Shown here piece after piece: positions 1 to 13,701 of a stretch of DNA of 64,000 nucleotides; positions within the stretch are counted from its first letter, which is position 1, and each line of letters opens with the position of its first letter. Made by a program: the position numbers and the translations under genes. The stretch comes from Octopus vulgaris (lineage: Eukaryota). Below the pieces are notes generated by a model. It was not told where the DNA came from. It worked only from the letters and a program-made list of their open reading frames with translations, and did no database searches. Location: NCBI GenBank assembly GCA_951406725.2, contig OX597833.1:21886001-21950000 (forward strand), in the 5' to 3' direction.

Positions 1-325
1 ATACATACACACACACATACATACATACATACATACATACACACACATACACACATACATACATACATACGTACATACATACATACATACATACATACAT
101 ACATACATACATACATACATACATACATACATACATTTGCCAACTAAATGTGGCGGTCCCATAGAAAACTCGCAAATGCTAATCGGACTCAGTGTGTCAA
201 TGGCCAGCAAGAGGAGATGTCTACCTGGGGCTAAAAACAATAGTAACATTGTCCTCTGTGGAACTGCCACATTTAGTTGGTGAATATATTTTACGAAGCT
301 GTACTGTTACTGTTTACCTCTCGTT

Positions 326-396
<71 letters not shown>

Positions 397-483
397 GAAG
401 TAGGTACTGCAAAATTTAGGGTGAATACTTGATAAGTGTAAGCACCTGTATACGCCAGCTAGTGGCATATATATGCATATATG

Positions 484-841
484 TGCAGGAGTGGCTGTGT
501 GGTAAGTAGCTTGCTTACCAACCACATGGTTCCGGGTTCAGTCCCACTGCGTGGCACCTTGGGTAAGTGTCCTCTACTATAGCCTCGGGCCGACCAAAAT
601 ATTGTGAGTGGATTTGGAAGACGGAAACTGAAAGAAGCCTGTCGTATATATGTATATATATATATATATGTCCCCCACCCCCAACATCTGGTGTGTTTAC
701 ATCCACATAACTTAACGGTTCAGCAAAAGAGACCGATAGAATAAGTACTAGGCTTACAAATAATAAGTCCTGGGGTCAGTTTGCTCGACTAAAAGCGGTG
801 CTCCAGCATGGCTGCAGTCAAATGACTGAAACAAGTAAAAG
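484..841 (+). mobile_element. SINE-A (tRNA head, internal microsatellite), full copy; roughly 30 full or partial copies in the window
   Basis: A box TGGCTGTGTGG, B box GGTTCAGTCCC, CCTTGGG.AAGTG block, central (TA)n, tail GCGGTGCTCCAGCATGGC.GCAGTCAAATGACTGAAACAAG. Confidence 0.9.
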
Positions 842-842
842 C

Positions 843-915
<73 letters not shown>

Positions 916-950
916 CCAATTATTGTATATATTCTCCATTTTCTTATTTG

Positions 951-987
<37 letters not shown>

Positions 988-1219
988 CCTATAAAGTCAA
1001 TCTGTTGATATTTAGTTTATTCACGGCCCATTGAACTTTGAGGCGACCTCTCCGTTCCACGTCAGCTGCTATGATGAACCGCAAATATTTAAATGGTACT
1101 AGTATGTATGTATATATGAATGTATGTATGTGTGTGTGTGAGTGCCTGCGCGCGAACATTTACGTATATATGCAGGCATGTATGTATATTTTTATGCGTG
1201 CGTGCGTGCATGTGTGTTT

Positions 1220-1301
<82 letters not shown>

Positions 1302-1798
1302 TTATGTTTATATGTAGATACATATAGACATAAATGTATCTATCTATCTATCTAGCTATCTAGCTATCTGTGTATGAATTTTAAAAACCTGTACTATTCT
1401 GCATGATAAAACATGCGATAATGTTGCCTCTGTACACAGACACCACAAAAAACATATATTGTCTACAGCAGACCCAAAAGTGCTACCCCTGTAAAAGTGC
1501 CGCTCGGGGCGAACTGCCCCTATCTACACTAGTGCGCATAGTGAAACTGAAACTGAGACGTTTGAGGGACTAGCATTTTTATAGCATTATTGCAGCATTA
1601 TTATAACAGTGAGTTAAAAACTTCAACTGAAATTATCCTTGTAATAAGAAGACAAAATTTACGTAAGGTATACTTAATACCCAAATCCATAAAACAAAAA
1701 GAAACAACTCCCACAACGTAAGCTAATCCAAATCTTTGGAAAATAAGGATAATGCAGTTAGGGTTACATCCCACTATCAAAATCAAATTGTGATAGCA

Positions 1799-1838
1799 GC
1801 GCAGATGTTTCGACCTTGTTAGATCTCATCAGCGAAGC
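1799..1838 (-). ncRNA. Degenerate minimal hammerhead
   Basis: Minus strand: CTGATGA-GATC-taacaa-GGTC-GAAA-CA-TC; core intact, stem I poorly paired. Confidence 0.55.
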
Positions 1839-1965
1839 ACATCTATTCAGTTGGTAAGGCTTAAAGACATATAAACGGCGCTGGTTGTTCTCATATAATA
1901 GAAAAATATTGTCAAGGGAGATATAATTATCCTAATGCTCTCTCTCTCTCCCTATTTCTCCCCCT

Positions 1966-2009
<44 letters not shown>

Positions 2010-2047
2010 TATATATATATATATAAGTGCGCGCGCGCGTGTGTGCA

Positions 2048-2400
2048 GGCGTGGCTGTGTGATAAGAAGCTTGCTTCCAAATTATATGGTTCTGGGTTCA
2101 GTCCCGCTGCATGGCACCTAGGGCAAGTGTCTTCTATTATAAGAAGGGCCGACCAAAGCCTTGTGAGTGGATTTGGCAGATGGAAACTAAAAGAAGCCAC
2201 TCGTACATACATACACACACACACACACGTCGCTTGACAACCGATGTTGGTGTGTTTAACATTAGCGGTTCGGCAAAAGAGACCGATAGAACAAGTACCA
2301 CGCCTACTAAGAATAAGTCCTGGGGTCGATTTCTTCGACTAAAAGACGGTGCTCCATCATGACCACATTCACATGACTGAAACAAATAAAAGAATAAAAG
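2048..2400 (+). mobile_element. SINE-A; inverted partner at 2500-3030
   Basis: Colinear with 484-841. Confidence 0.85.
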
Positions 2401-3248
2401 AAATATATATATATATGTGTGTGTGTGTACGCAGGCGTGCGTGTATGTATGTTCTTGACAAGCGCAAAATATGTACACGTGAATTACGCTTTAGAGGTTT
2501 TTTCAGTCATTACACTGCGGCCATGCTGGGGTTCCGCCTCGAAGAATTTAGTCGAACAAATTGACCGCAATACTTATGTTTTGGTTTTGCTTTTCAGTAT
2601 GGTACTTCATCTACTGATATTATTTGCCGAACCGCTAAATTACGGGGACGTAAACAAAGCAACACCGGTTAAGTGGTGGAGAGAGGGGACAGATACAAGC
2701 ACACATACATACATACACACAGGCACACACACACATACGACGAGCTTCTTCACGATTTCCTACTATGAAACACTCACGAGGTATTGGTTGGCACGGGGCT
2801 TTGATAAAAGATAAGGTGTTGCATAGCCCAGGGCGGCCCTTCCGTTTGCCTACCCCGGACCCCACAAAAAACATATATTGCCTACAGCATACCCAAAAGT
2901 GCCGTCCGCGGCGAACTGCCCCTAACCGCTCCCTACTTACGCTAGTGCGCATAGTGAGACTGAACCCGAGACGTTTGAGGGACCGGCATTATTATAGCTA
3001 CAGCTAAACCACACACATGCCGCACCCATTCAATAGCGGTGAATTGTTTACAATACAGATAAACATAACACTGCACATTAAAATTATACATGATTCTAAA
3101 CATATAGGCGTAGGAGTGGCTGTCTCGTAAGTAGCTTGATTACCAACCACATGGCTCCGGGTTTTCTACTATAGCCTCGGGCCTACCAAAGCCTTGTGAG
3201 TGGATTTGGTAGACGGAAACTGAAAGAAACCCATCGTATGTATGTATA

Positions 3249-3380
3249 TGTTGAAGAGCGTAGGCTCGAAACGTTAAAGACTTGTTTTATTTATATTTCC
3301 TGAGCGCCATACTAATACAATTGTTTGTTTGTTTCCCACCTGCCTTCGTCTTTTGTCTATTTTCATAAAGCTTCCCGTTA
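3249..3380 (+). mobile_element. 5'-truncated copy of the same HHR-bearing fragment inside a SINE-A microsatellite
   Basis: TGTTGA-A-GAGC-gtag-GCTC-GAAA-CG-TT-AAAGA plus a 3' flank matching the reverse complement of 38382-38480. Confidence 0.65.
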
Positions 3381-3460
3381 TATATATATATATATATATA
3401 TAAAGTTAGACATGGCCTGGACCAATCTCTGGTCGAAACATATCTAAGTTTATATATATA

Positions 3461-3498
<38 letters not shown>

Positions 3499-4029
3499 TA
3501 TGTCTGTTTATGTTTGCGTGTCTGTGTTTGTCCCCCCAACATCGCTTGAATACCGATGGTGTGTTTACGTCCCCGTAACTTAGTGGTTCGGCAAAACAGA
3601 CCGATAAAATAAGTACTAGGCTTACAAAGAATAAGTCCTGAGGTCGATTTGCTCGACTAAATGTGGTGCTCCAGCATGGCCACAGTCAAATGACTGAAAC
3701 AAGTAAAAGAGTAAAGAGTATATACTGTAATACAAAAACCATATTCACGAAACACTGACGTGGACAACGGGATATAAACCGCTTAGTGAGAGATGGGTCG
3801 AATACAGTAAGTCAGGGCATATAATATTACATTGGGGCTTAATAAAAAATGTTCATAATATTTGAAAGGAAGGTTAATTCTAGTGTTTGTCTATGCTGAG
3901 ATAAATATTCAACAGGGAAGGGAATGACAAAGTGTATATTAGAAACTATGAAAATCATTTGTTATAAGAGACAGGGTTGCCTATCGAGATATAAGAGAGG
4001 TTGAAAGGATTACTAAACTTTAAAAAATT

Positions 4030-4401
4030 TATAGTGCCAAGAGGCTGGTCTTTCGGGAAGTCTGTGAAGAAAGGAGTCTTTAGTAAAGAGTATTTCATAA
4101 TTCTGTGTGGTACACAGGTCGCATGGTGTCTTGTATTCAGGCTTTGACTTTACATTCGAGATAACACACCAAATTAAATTGTATATATCAATTTGGGATA
4201 CTTCGTTTTCTATCTATATTTGAGAACTGAAGTGATTTGGGAAATGATGACAGATTCTAAACATATAGGCGTAGGAGTGGCTGTGTGGTAAGTAGCTTGA
4301 TTACCAACCACATAGCTCCGGGTCTTCTACTATAGCCTCGGGCCTACCAAAGCCTTGTGAGTGGATTTGGTAGACGGAAACTGAAAGAAACCCGTCGTAT
4401 G

Positions 4402-4446
<45 letters not shown>

Positions 4447-4620
4447 CTATCTATATCCCAAATTGATATAGATAGAAAACGAAGTGGTACTGATGGTGAT
4501 AGAATTTGGGAACGAGTACGTACGTTGGTCATAGTAAAACTCGAAAGTGTTTGCCGTGAGGTCAGAGCATGCGTCGGTAGAATTTGTAGTTCGTACTTGA
4601 CATGTCCTCAGCTAAAAATC
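4030..4620 (-). pseudogene. Penelope-like element GIY-YIG endonuclease remnant, interrupted and rearranged
   Basis: Minus-strand YNLIWCVISNVKSKPEYKTPCDLCTTQNYEILFTKDSFLHRLPERPASWHYK (about 4183 to 4028) fits the PLE W..I...C.LC..EK..I C-terminus; CQVRTTNSTDACSDLTANTF near 4595-4540 fits the YIG segment. Confidence 0.6.
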
Positions 4621-5340
4621 TTGATTTAAGGATTAGTATATTGCTAGGATTAGTATAATTCCAGTTATCATTAGTAGGGATGGTATATGTTTAACTTGGT
4701 TACGACAGCTTAGACCGATATACGATAGGCTTCTTTAAGGTTCCGTCTACCAAATCCACTAACTTTGGTCGACCCGAGGCTATAGTAGAAGACACTTGCC
4801 CAAGGTGCCACGCAGTGGGATTGAATCCAGAACCATGTGGTTGAGAGGCAAGCTTCTTACCACACAGCCACGCTTGCGCCTGTTTGTGTGTGTGTGTGTG
4901 TTTGTGTGTGTGCGTGTGCGCGCGTGTTTGCAAATATATGGATCGAATCCTTATGAGCCGAGACCAATGTCTACTCCGCTTATATTGTGACGGTGGGTTG
5001 TGAGTTGAGGGAATTTGGCCGCTATTTCTAGCGGAGTGACTGACCACGTTATAGGCTCTGTCGTTAACTCGTATGAATTATAATTGTTTTATTGGCGGTA
5101 GATGTCGATCAGTGACCTATGATATAATACTAATACTTCATCCCATGGTGGTGGTGGTGGTGGTGGTGGTGGTGGTGATGGTGGCGGCGGTGGGAGAGTG
5201 TGTTGTTTTGAGGAGGGGGGGTATTGCTTTGATGATGTAAGTCAAATATCCGGTTGTAAAATCCTCACCTTCCTAGTTTGTCTAAGAGGACATATGAGAA
5301 CAGCCAGTCCTCCTCAGATCAAAGGAAGATAGCGAGACAT

Positions 5341-5401
<61 letters not shown>

Positions 5402-6166
5402 ACTGATTATTGTTCATTAAACTGTTCGGTTAGCATAAGATATAATGACAAATTCTTGTAGGAGTGGATTTTTAGCTCCGTCAAGGCGATATAAGGATGG
5501 TGGCTAGAACTTATAACATCGGTTATTAGCCAATGAGTCGCATGATAATTGAAGACCACAGAATCTTCGTCTTCCGAAATATATAACGTGTAAAAATGTT
5601 TATGAATATGCTTAAACAGCAAGCTTATACAATAAACCACGGGCATAATTCATAGACATGATAAAGATCACCACACGCCATTTTCTGCAGATAAAAAACA
5701 AAAAGAAAAGAGAAGACGATATTTCTCTAAGTAATGCATCTTTTACTTGTTTCAGTCACTGGACTGAGGCCATGCTGGGGAAACCGCCTTCAATGGTTTA
5801 GTCGAACAAATTGACCCCAGTGCATATATTTAAGACTGGGTACTTATTCTGTCGCTCCATTCTGCCGAACTGCTAAATTAGGTGAACGTAAACAAACCAG
5901 CATCAGTTGTCACTTGGAGGGGAAGGTACGAGGATACAAAGACGCATACATACACGCGCGCGCATACGACGGGCTTCTACACAGTTTCCGTATATCCAAA
6001 TCCACTTACAAGACATTGGTCAGTGCGGTTAAGAAGCTCGCTTTGCAACCGCGTGGTTTCTGGTTCAGTCCCAATGTGCGTCACTTTGGGCAAGTATCTA
6101 CTATAGCCCTGACTCGATCAATGCCTTGTGAGTGAATTTGGTAGACAGTAACTGTATAGAAGCCCA

Positions 6167-6204
<38 letters not shown>

Positions 6205-6679
6205 CTTTATGTCCCCTCGTCCACTTCTAATCAGTATTAATTTGTTTACATCCTCGTAACTGAGGGTTTTAGCAACAGGGACGATACGACAGGAAACATT
6301 GCGGCTAACGGTGGAGCCTCCAACCCTCAATGATCTTTGGCTGAGACTGGCATGAAACAACAATCTTCAGCTTCAGTAGAGTAGAGGGCCCAACTGACAA
6401 TTCTCTAATAGGGCCTCGCATTTCCTGATGCTGCCCCTTATCATAGCATTGAACTAAAGAGAAAGAGGAACAACAATGATGACTCGATGAGACAACGGGA
6501 GACCCTCTAAGTGGTCCTTCTATCTGCTAAAATAACAAATAAACTTCCTTTGTATCAGGGCTACACAATCTTAAAAGAAAAGGGAAGGGTGCGTCTGAAT
6601 AAAAAAAAAACGATATGGTTATGGGTGGAACGTCTTTGATCTTATGTGTTAGCTTAATCAGGTGTTGAACAAGGGCTTC

Positions 6680-7505
6680 AAATTTTGGTTTAATGCTAGC
6701 AATTTAGGGGAGGGATATGTTCATGACTTCGATTCCAGTTCACAAAGGGTACCTGTTTTATCAACCCTGAAAGGATGAAAGGCAAAGTCGACCATGGCAG
6801 AATTTGAACTCAGAGCATAAAAAAGGACGAAATGCCGCTAAGCATTTTGCCTGGCGTGCTTAACGATTCTTATTTCTTTATTGCCCACAAAGGGCTAAAC
6901 ATAGAGAGGACAAACACGGACAGCCAAAGGGATTAAGTCGATTACATCGACCCCAGTGCGTAACTGGTACTTAATTTGTTAATCCCGAAAGGATGAAAAG
7001 CAAAATCAACCTCGGCGGAATTCGAACTCAGAACGTAAAGACAGACGAAATACTGCTAAGCATTTCGACCGGCTTGCTAACGTTTCTTATTTCTTTATTG
7101 CCCACAAGGGGCTAAACATAGAGGGGTCAAACAAGGACAGACAAACGGATTAAGTCGATTACATTGACCCCAGTGAGTAACTGGTACTTAATTTATCGAC
7201 TCCGATAGGATGAAAGACAAAGTCGACCTCGGCGAAATTTGAACTCAGAACGTAACAGTAGACGAAATACCTATTTCTTTATTACCCACAAGGGGCTAAA
7301 CATAGAGGGGACAAACAAGGACAGACATAGGTATTAAGTCGATTACATCGACCCCAGTGCGTAACTGGTGCTTAATTTATCGACCCCGAAAGGATGAAAG
7401 GCAAAGTCGACCTCGGCGGAATTTGAACTCAGAACGTAACGGCAGACGAAATACCGCTAAGCATTTCGACCGGTGTGCTAACGTTTCTGCCAGCTTGCCG
7501 CCTTC
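6680..7505 (-). mobile_element. SINE-B head-to-tail array (4 units)
   Basis: Repeated GAAAGGATGAAAGGCAAAGTCGACCTCGGCGGAATTTGAACTCAGAAC; head GGCGGCAAGCTGGCAGAAACGTTAGC at the right end. Confidence 0.88.
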
Positions 7506-7779
7506 AGGGGTTAAAGCAAAAACATGCAACAGCAACAACGTTGAACTGATGAGGGTGAAACTCAACACGGTCGCCTGATTTACGAGAAATATCAATAGTA
7601 GCCAAATCTCCTTCAAATTACAACACTACCGTTAAAAGTGGCATATACAGTGAATCATTATCAAGTGTAGATCCTGGTTGAGTAAACGGGATAGTCGTGG
7701 CTGGAATGCCTTTGACAACAGGCTCTGTTTGATCTAGGGTTGACCTAGATCTGTACAACTTACGACGACGGAAACTATG

Positions 7780-7897
7780 TAATAATAATAGTACTGGTGA
7801 TGATGGTAGTAGTAATAGTAGTGGTGGTGGTGATGGTGGTGATGGTGGTTGTGGTGGTGGTGGTGGCGGCAGCAGCAGCAGCAGCAGGAGCAGTAGC

Positions 7898-7946
<49 letters not shown>

Positions 7947-7976
7947 ATTGTAGTAGTAGTAGTAGTAGTAGTAATT

Positions 7977-8042
<66 letters not shown>

Positions 8043-8130
8043 AAAACAATCCAAATAAAATATATTACAAAAAGTCAATTTTGCTGCTGCTGCTGCTGCT
8101 GCTGCTGCTGATACTACTACTATTACTACT
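7780..8130. repeat. Trinucleotide compound repeat (GTA/GGT/GCA); similar tracts at 9199-9482, 12655-13100, 25070-25550, 59568-60108
   Basis: Read directly; these produce the homopolymeric pseudo-ORFs in the track. Confidence 0.95.
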
Positions 8131-8339
8131 AGAATACTTTCTGCACTTAGTCACTACCAAGTAAACCCAATCGGCTGTTCAAGCAACTTGGAGTGTAATT
8201 TATGTTTCGTCTGTCAAGTGTTGTTTGAATATGAAGATTGCAGACGACCGAACGCCCGCAAGCAGTTACACGACTTCACCGTCGTTTATCTTGAGTCAGA
8301 CGAACTTGTAGCCGTAATAATAACAGTAATAATATCAGT

Positions 8340-9198
8340 AATGGTTACAAACTTTTGGCACAAGGCCAGCAATTTCGGGGGAAGGGAGTAAGTCGATTAC
8401 ATTGTTCCCTAGTGAATAACTGGTACTTATTTTATCTGATAAGATAAAAGGTAAAAATCGACCTTGGTGGAATTTACTGGTGTCAAATTTTGTCACGAGG
8501 CCAGTAATTTCGGGGCAAGGGGTAAGTCAATTACATCGACCCCTAATGAGTAACTGGTACTTATTACTTTTTTTTTTTGACCTTTGGAAAGATGAAAGGC
8601 AAAGTTGAACTCAGAACGTAAAGACGGACGAAATGCCGCTAAACATTTTGTCCGGCGTGCGAACGATTCAGCCAGCTCGCCGCCTCAGTATTGATGATAA
8701 TGATGATACTAATAACCTACGTAGAGCACTTTTAGTACAGTAAAAATAGCAACACGAAAACAAAGGGCCCACAGAGCTGTACTCAGGAGTATAGAAGAAC
8801 GCAATGATAATAATAATAATAATAATAATTATAATAATTATAATAATAATACTTTCTACAATAGGCACAAGGTCAGAAATTTGGCGGGAGAGAACTAATC
8901 GATTATATTGGCCCCAGTGTTTCACTGGTACTTAATTTATCGACTCCGAAAGGATTAAAAGGCAAAGTCGACCTCGGCGGAATTTGAACACAGAACGTAA
9001 AGATGGACGAAATGCTGCATTTTCCCCGTGAACTGGCAGAACCGTGTTAACGGTTCTGCCAGTTCGCCGCCTTAATAATGATGATGATGATGATGATGGC
9101 CTACGTAGAGCACTTTTCAGTACAGTAAAAATAACACGAAAACAAACCACAACACATACCAAGGGCTCACAGAGCTGAGTTCGGTAGTGTGGAAGAAT

Positions 9199-9200
<2 letters not shown>
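8340..9200 (-). mobile_element. SINE-B cluster with a duplicated 80-100 bp spacer (8718-8800 and 9101-9198)
   Basis: SINE-B motifs among TAA repeats; CTACGTAGAGCACTTTT..GTACAGTAAAAATA occurs twice. Confidence 0.75.
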
Positions 9201-9241
<41 letters not shown>

Positions 9242-9251
9242 CACCACCACC

Positions 9252-9347
<96 letters not shown>

Positions 9348-9385
9348 AATAACAATAATAATAACAATAATAATAATAATAACAC

Positions 9386-9436
<51 letters not shown>

Positions 9437-10081
9437 CAACAGTAATAATAATAGTGGTGATGATGATGATGATGATAATGATGTCCACGACGGAAAATCT
9501 TTAAGAAGTTCCTCCATTAGGCCAAATCAAAACAAACGGAAAAACTGCAATAGTATTTGCCCCAGTTTCATAATTGGGATAATAAACTCAGCTGACAGCG
9601 AAAACTAGGGAACACAAACAAAGCACATTTAAGGAGAAGGGATGGAAACCTTGGCGACAGTGACAAAGGAATGTCTGTCTGTTAACTCGGTACACAACTA
9701 AATACCAAGAGAGGATTTTGGTTGAAGAGCTATGATTCCTCTGAGATTTTTTTCCCCCCTTGATGAATGTTACAAACACAACTACCTGTAGGTACATTGC
9801 ATATATATATATATATATATATATACACGAGTGGCTGTGGGCTATGTGGTAAGTAGCTTGCTTACCAACCACATGGTTCCGGGTTCAGTGAAACCTTGGG
9901 TAAGTGTCTTCTACTATAGCCTCGGGCCGACCAAAGCCTTGTGAGTGGATTTGGTAGATGGAAACTGAAAGAAGCCCGTCGTATATATATAAAGCTGGTG
10001 CTGCAGCATGGCCGCAGTCAAATGATTGAAACAAGTAAAAAAAGTATATATATATACTCTTTTACTCTTACTCTTCACTCT

Positions 10082-10461
10082 TTTGCTTGTTTGACTGTGG
10101 CCATGCTGGAGCACCGCCTTTAGTCGAGCAAATCGACCCAGGACTTTTTCTTTGTAAGCCTAGTACTTATTCTATCAGTCTCTTTTGCCGAACTACTAAG
10201 TTACGGAGACGTAAACACACGAGCATTGGTTGTCAAGCGATGTTGGGGGGACAAACACACACACAAACACAAACACACACATATATATATATATACATAT
10301 ATACGACGGGCTTCTTTCAGTTTCCATCTACCAAATCCACTCACAAGGCTTTGGTTGGCCCGAGGCTATAGAAGACACTTGCCCAAGGTGCCATGCAGTG
10401 GGACTGAACACGGAACCATGTGGTCCATAAGCAAGCTACTTACCACACAGCCACTCCTACG

Positions 10462-10465
<4 letters not shown>
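10082..10465 (-). mobile_element. SINE-A; deleted + copy at 9828-10042
   Basis: Reverse complement of the family consensus. Confidence 0.88.
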
Positions 10466-10511
<46 letters not shown>

Positions 10512-10984
10512 CATGTATGTGTGTATATATATATATATAATATTAATATATATATATCCTGCATCTGATTGTGCTTAAATTTGATATGTAGATACCAACG
10601 GTATTAGGGCGTGTATAAGTCATGAAAAAATTTTAAAAATCGATCCAGGTGAGAATGCAATCGATAAAGCCGTGGAAACGTGCATTTGTACGCGCAAGTA
10701 CATCAGCTGTTGCGATCGATACTACGCGTTGTGTGAATAAAATCGTTTTTCTTTGGAAAAGAAAAAAAATCTATCTTTATTTCTTCTTTTGCTGGTATCT
10801 CAAATTTAGGTTAAACCAGTGTTTCTCAAAGAGGAGGCCTATGGGATGGTCGGACATGTTGTTTTGAGAAAATTTGGTTTAAATGTTTGACAACTCAGCA
10901 CCGTCCATTGGACGGGGGGTGGGTACGTTTTGCTCGTTTTATTATAAATGCAAAACAACACCACAGAGGAATTGACATAAGCTT

Positions 10985-11031
10985 AAATAAACCGCGATAG
11001 GTGAACCGCGATAAGGCGAGGAATTACTGTA
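10985..11031. mobile_element. pogo/Tigger-like terminal remnant; another probable end at 36285-36410
   Basis: AACCGCGATA repeated twice then GGCGAGGAATTACTG-TA; second site has repeated ATATGCAAGGGTG..CTTATACACC. Confidence 0.45.
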
Positions 11032-12342
11032 TATATTTTTAGCCAAGCGGAAGTCGAAACTGTTTGCTGCTATGACAACAAACAGAGTATCGTTGAAAAT
11101 GAAGATCCATGACTGAAATTAAAATAGTCTCCTTGAACAAGATGCCATTTACGCCTGAGTGGACTGGGGGCAATGTGAAATGAAGTGCTTAACTCAAAAA
11201 CACAATGCACTGCCGGGTCCAGGAGTTGAAACCACGATCGCAAAATCGTGAGTTCAACAACCCTAACCATTAGGCCACGGGCCTTAACACACTGAGTGAA
11301 TTGAGAAATCATAATAATAAACTTTTCTACAATAGGAACAAGGCCTGGAATTTGAGGGGAGGGGGTAATTAGTACTTGAGTGGTACTTAATTTATCGGCC
11401 CCGAAAGGATGAAAGGCAAAGTCGACCTTGGCAGAATTTGAACTCAGAATGCAAAGACGGGCGAAGTACCGTTAAGCACTTTGTCCAGCATGCTAATGAT
11501 TCTGCCAGCTTGTTGCCTTAAGAAATATTAATAATGATTTAAAAAAATCTTCGTTTATTTTACTAACATTAACAGCCTGACATTAATCCTTAAAATCAAC
11601 ATTAAAGAAAAATAAATAATAGCAAAAATTGAAGAAATAATGATAAAAGAATTCTTCAGCCAAAAAGCAGCAGCCCAACTGAATCAACCAAATTTCTTTT
11701 CTGGAATTCTGAAAGTTTCCCTGGGGGAAAAGTGGGGGCAAGCAGTTTCTTCAAGGTTAAGAATTGTGTGCGCCTCTAGATAAACTATGTTCCACACCCC
11801 TGAATCAATAACTACAACCAGTACATCTCCCCACCACCACCACCACCACCACCACCACCACTACTACTACTACTACCATCACCACTGATCCTGCTATGAA
11901 AATTAAACGAAATAGAAAAATTTCCTTCCAAATATTGAATATATAAATAAAAGTAAATAAATAAATAAATAAATCTTAAATGTTTTAACAGGGACTGTAT
12001 TTGAGGATCACCGTATGATTTGTCTTGTGACAGCTTAGAGAAGAAAGGACAGCACCTATGACTACCTGGCACTCCCTATTTTGTGACTCTTACAACCCTT
12101 TTTTCTCCAACTGTTTACTCTTCATAGAGGTGACCTCCTAAATCGCATCTAGAGAAAGGACACATGATTAATTAGCATAAAGCCAGTTTCTGTGCCACTG
12201 ATATGGTGTCGCCTCTCGCAGTCCTTTCTGGAAGTCCATTTATAGGCAGGGATATTAAGAGACGCAGTCGATTCTGAGAGAAGCAATAACCGTCCTACTG
12301 ATTAGATCGTTTGCTAACATGTATGCTTTCTCTTCGTTTCAG

Positions 12343-12420
12343 TACCTAAAGTCTGGTTTTAATGGGTCACATCTTACACGGGGTTCAATGGCCACGCCAC
12401 TCTATTCTTTAAGAACAAGA
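12343..12420 (+). CDS. Candidate 78-nt coding exon (phase 0/0), product unknown
   Basis: Branch-like GCTAAC, pyrimidine tract, TTTCAG acceptor, GTTAGT donor; only one open frame, YLKSGFNGSHLTRGSMATPLYSLRTR; set in repeat-free sequence. Confidence 0.45.
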
Positions 12421-13050
12421 GTTAGTAATCATAGATGCTCTTGTGAAGAAAAACAATACTGCAGGATGCATCCAGCCCAAGTCAGATGCATGGTGTGGTG
12501 TGATGCCAGGCATGGAAGTGTTAAGCATGGCCTTTTCTTGTAAGGGAGGTTGTGTGTGTGGGTGTGCGTGCACATGCGCAATGACCTGAGTATCTCAAAA
12601 GCATAAGAGGTGTATTTTGTTTATTGTTTAGTCAGATTAAGATGGGCAGCAGTGTCGTTATCATCATTCTTATCATTATCATCATAATCCTCATCAAAAC
12701 CGCCACCACCATCATTTTCATCATCATCACCAGCTTTATCATCATCAGCATTATCATAAGCATCAACTCCACCACAACCACCATGACGACCACCACCATC
12801 TCCATCATCATTGCCATCACCACCACTACTACCATCACCACCGCCACCACAATCATCATCATCATCATCATCACAATCATCACCACCACCACAATCATCA
12901 TCATTCTTCATCATCATCGTCATCACCGTCAACATCATCATCACCATCATGATCATCGTCATCATCACTATCATCATCATCATCACAATCATCACCACCA
13001 CCACAATCATCATCATCATCCTTCATCATCATCATCGTCATCATCTTCAA

Positions 13051-13099
<49 letters not shown>

Positions 13100-13669
13100 G
13101 ATGAAACTTGGTAGGAGGAAAACAAGGATCTTACCCTCAGTCACTCAAATGCTTCCAACAGAACGGACACGACGAAATGCACCCAAGGACTAGGCAGTGG
13201 AGTTATTAAAATGGACAACGGATTAAGTCCACCACGTGTTGGTGGTGGGCGAGGGAGACTATGAACAGTATAACAGAACCAACGTGAACGTTATCAGCAA
13301 CTGGACTCGAAGTAGTGGCACGGAAAGTTAAAATAAACACAAATCTGGCTTATTTCAAGCTTTAACAGGGAAACGAACCTTCACCAAAACCTTCTCAATA
13401 AATAAATGAACGAATAAATAAATAAACAAACAAACAAACAAAAAAACAAAAAAACAAATAAATAAATAAATAAATGAGATTGATTTTAAAATGATTTCTG
13501 TTTTCTTGAGGATTAATATGTCTGATTCATTGAGTCATGTCCAACATGCTTTTGGCATAGTGACGGTGATGACGAGCATGGTGACTATGACGACGATGAC
13601 GATGATGGGGCACTGATGATGACGGTGATTAGGATAATGATGATAGTGATGATGATGATGATGATGACA

Positions 13670-13701
<32 letters not shown>

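Noticed and set aside
12624-13193. His/Ser/Thr-rich 189-aa ORF; likewise 25070-25573 and 59557-59973
   Set aside because: (CAT)n/(CAC)n repeats open in several frames, with no splice or domain support.
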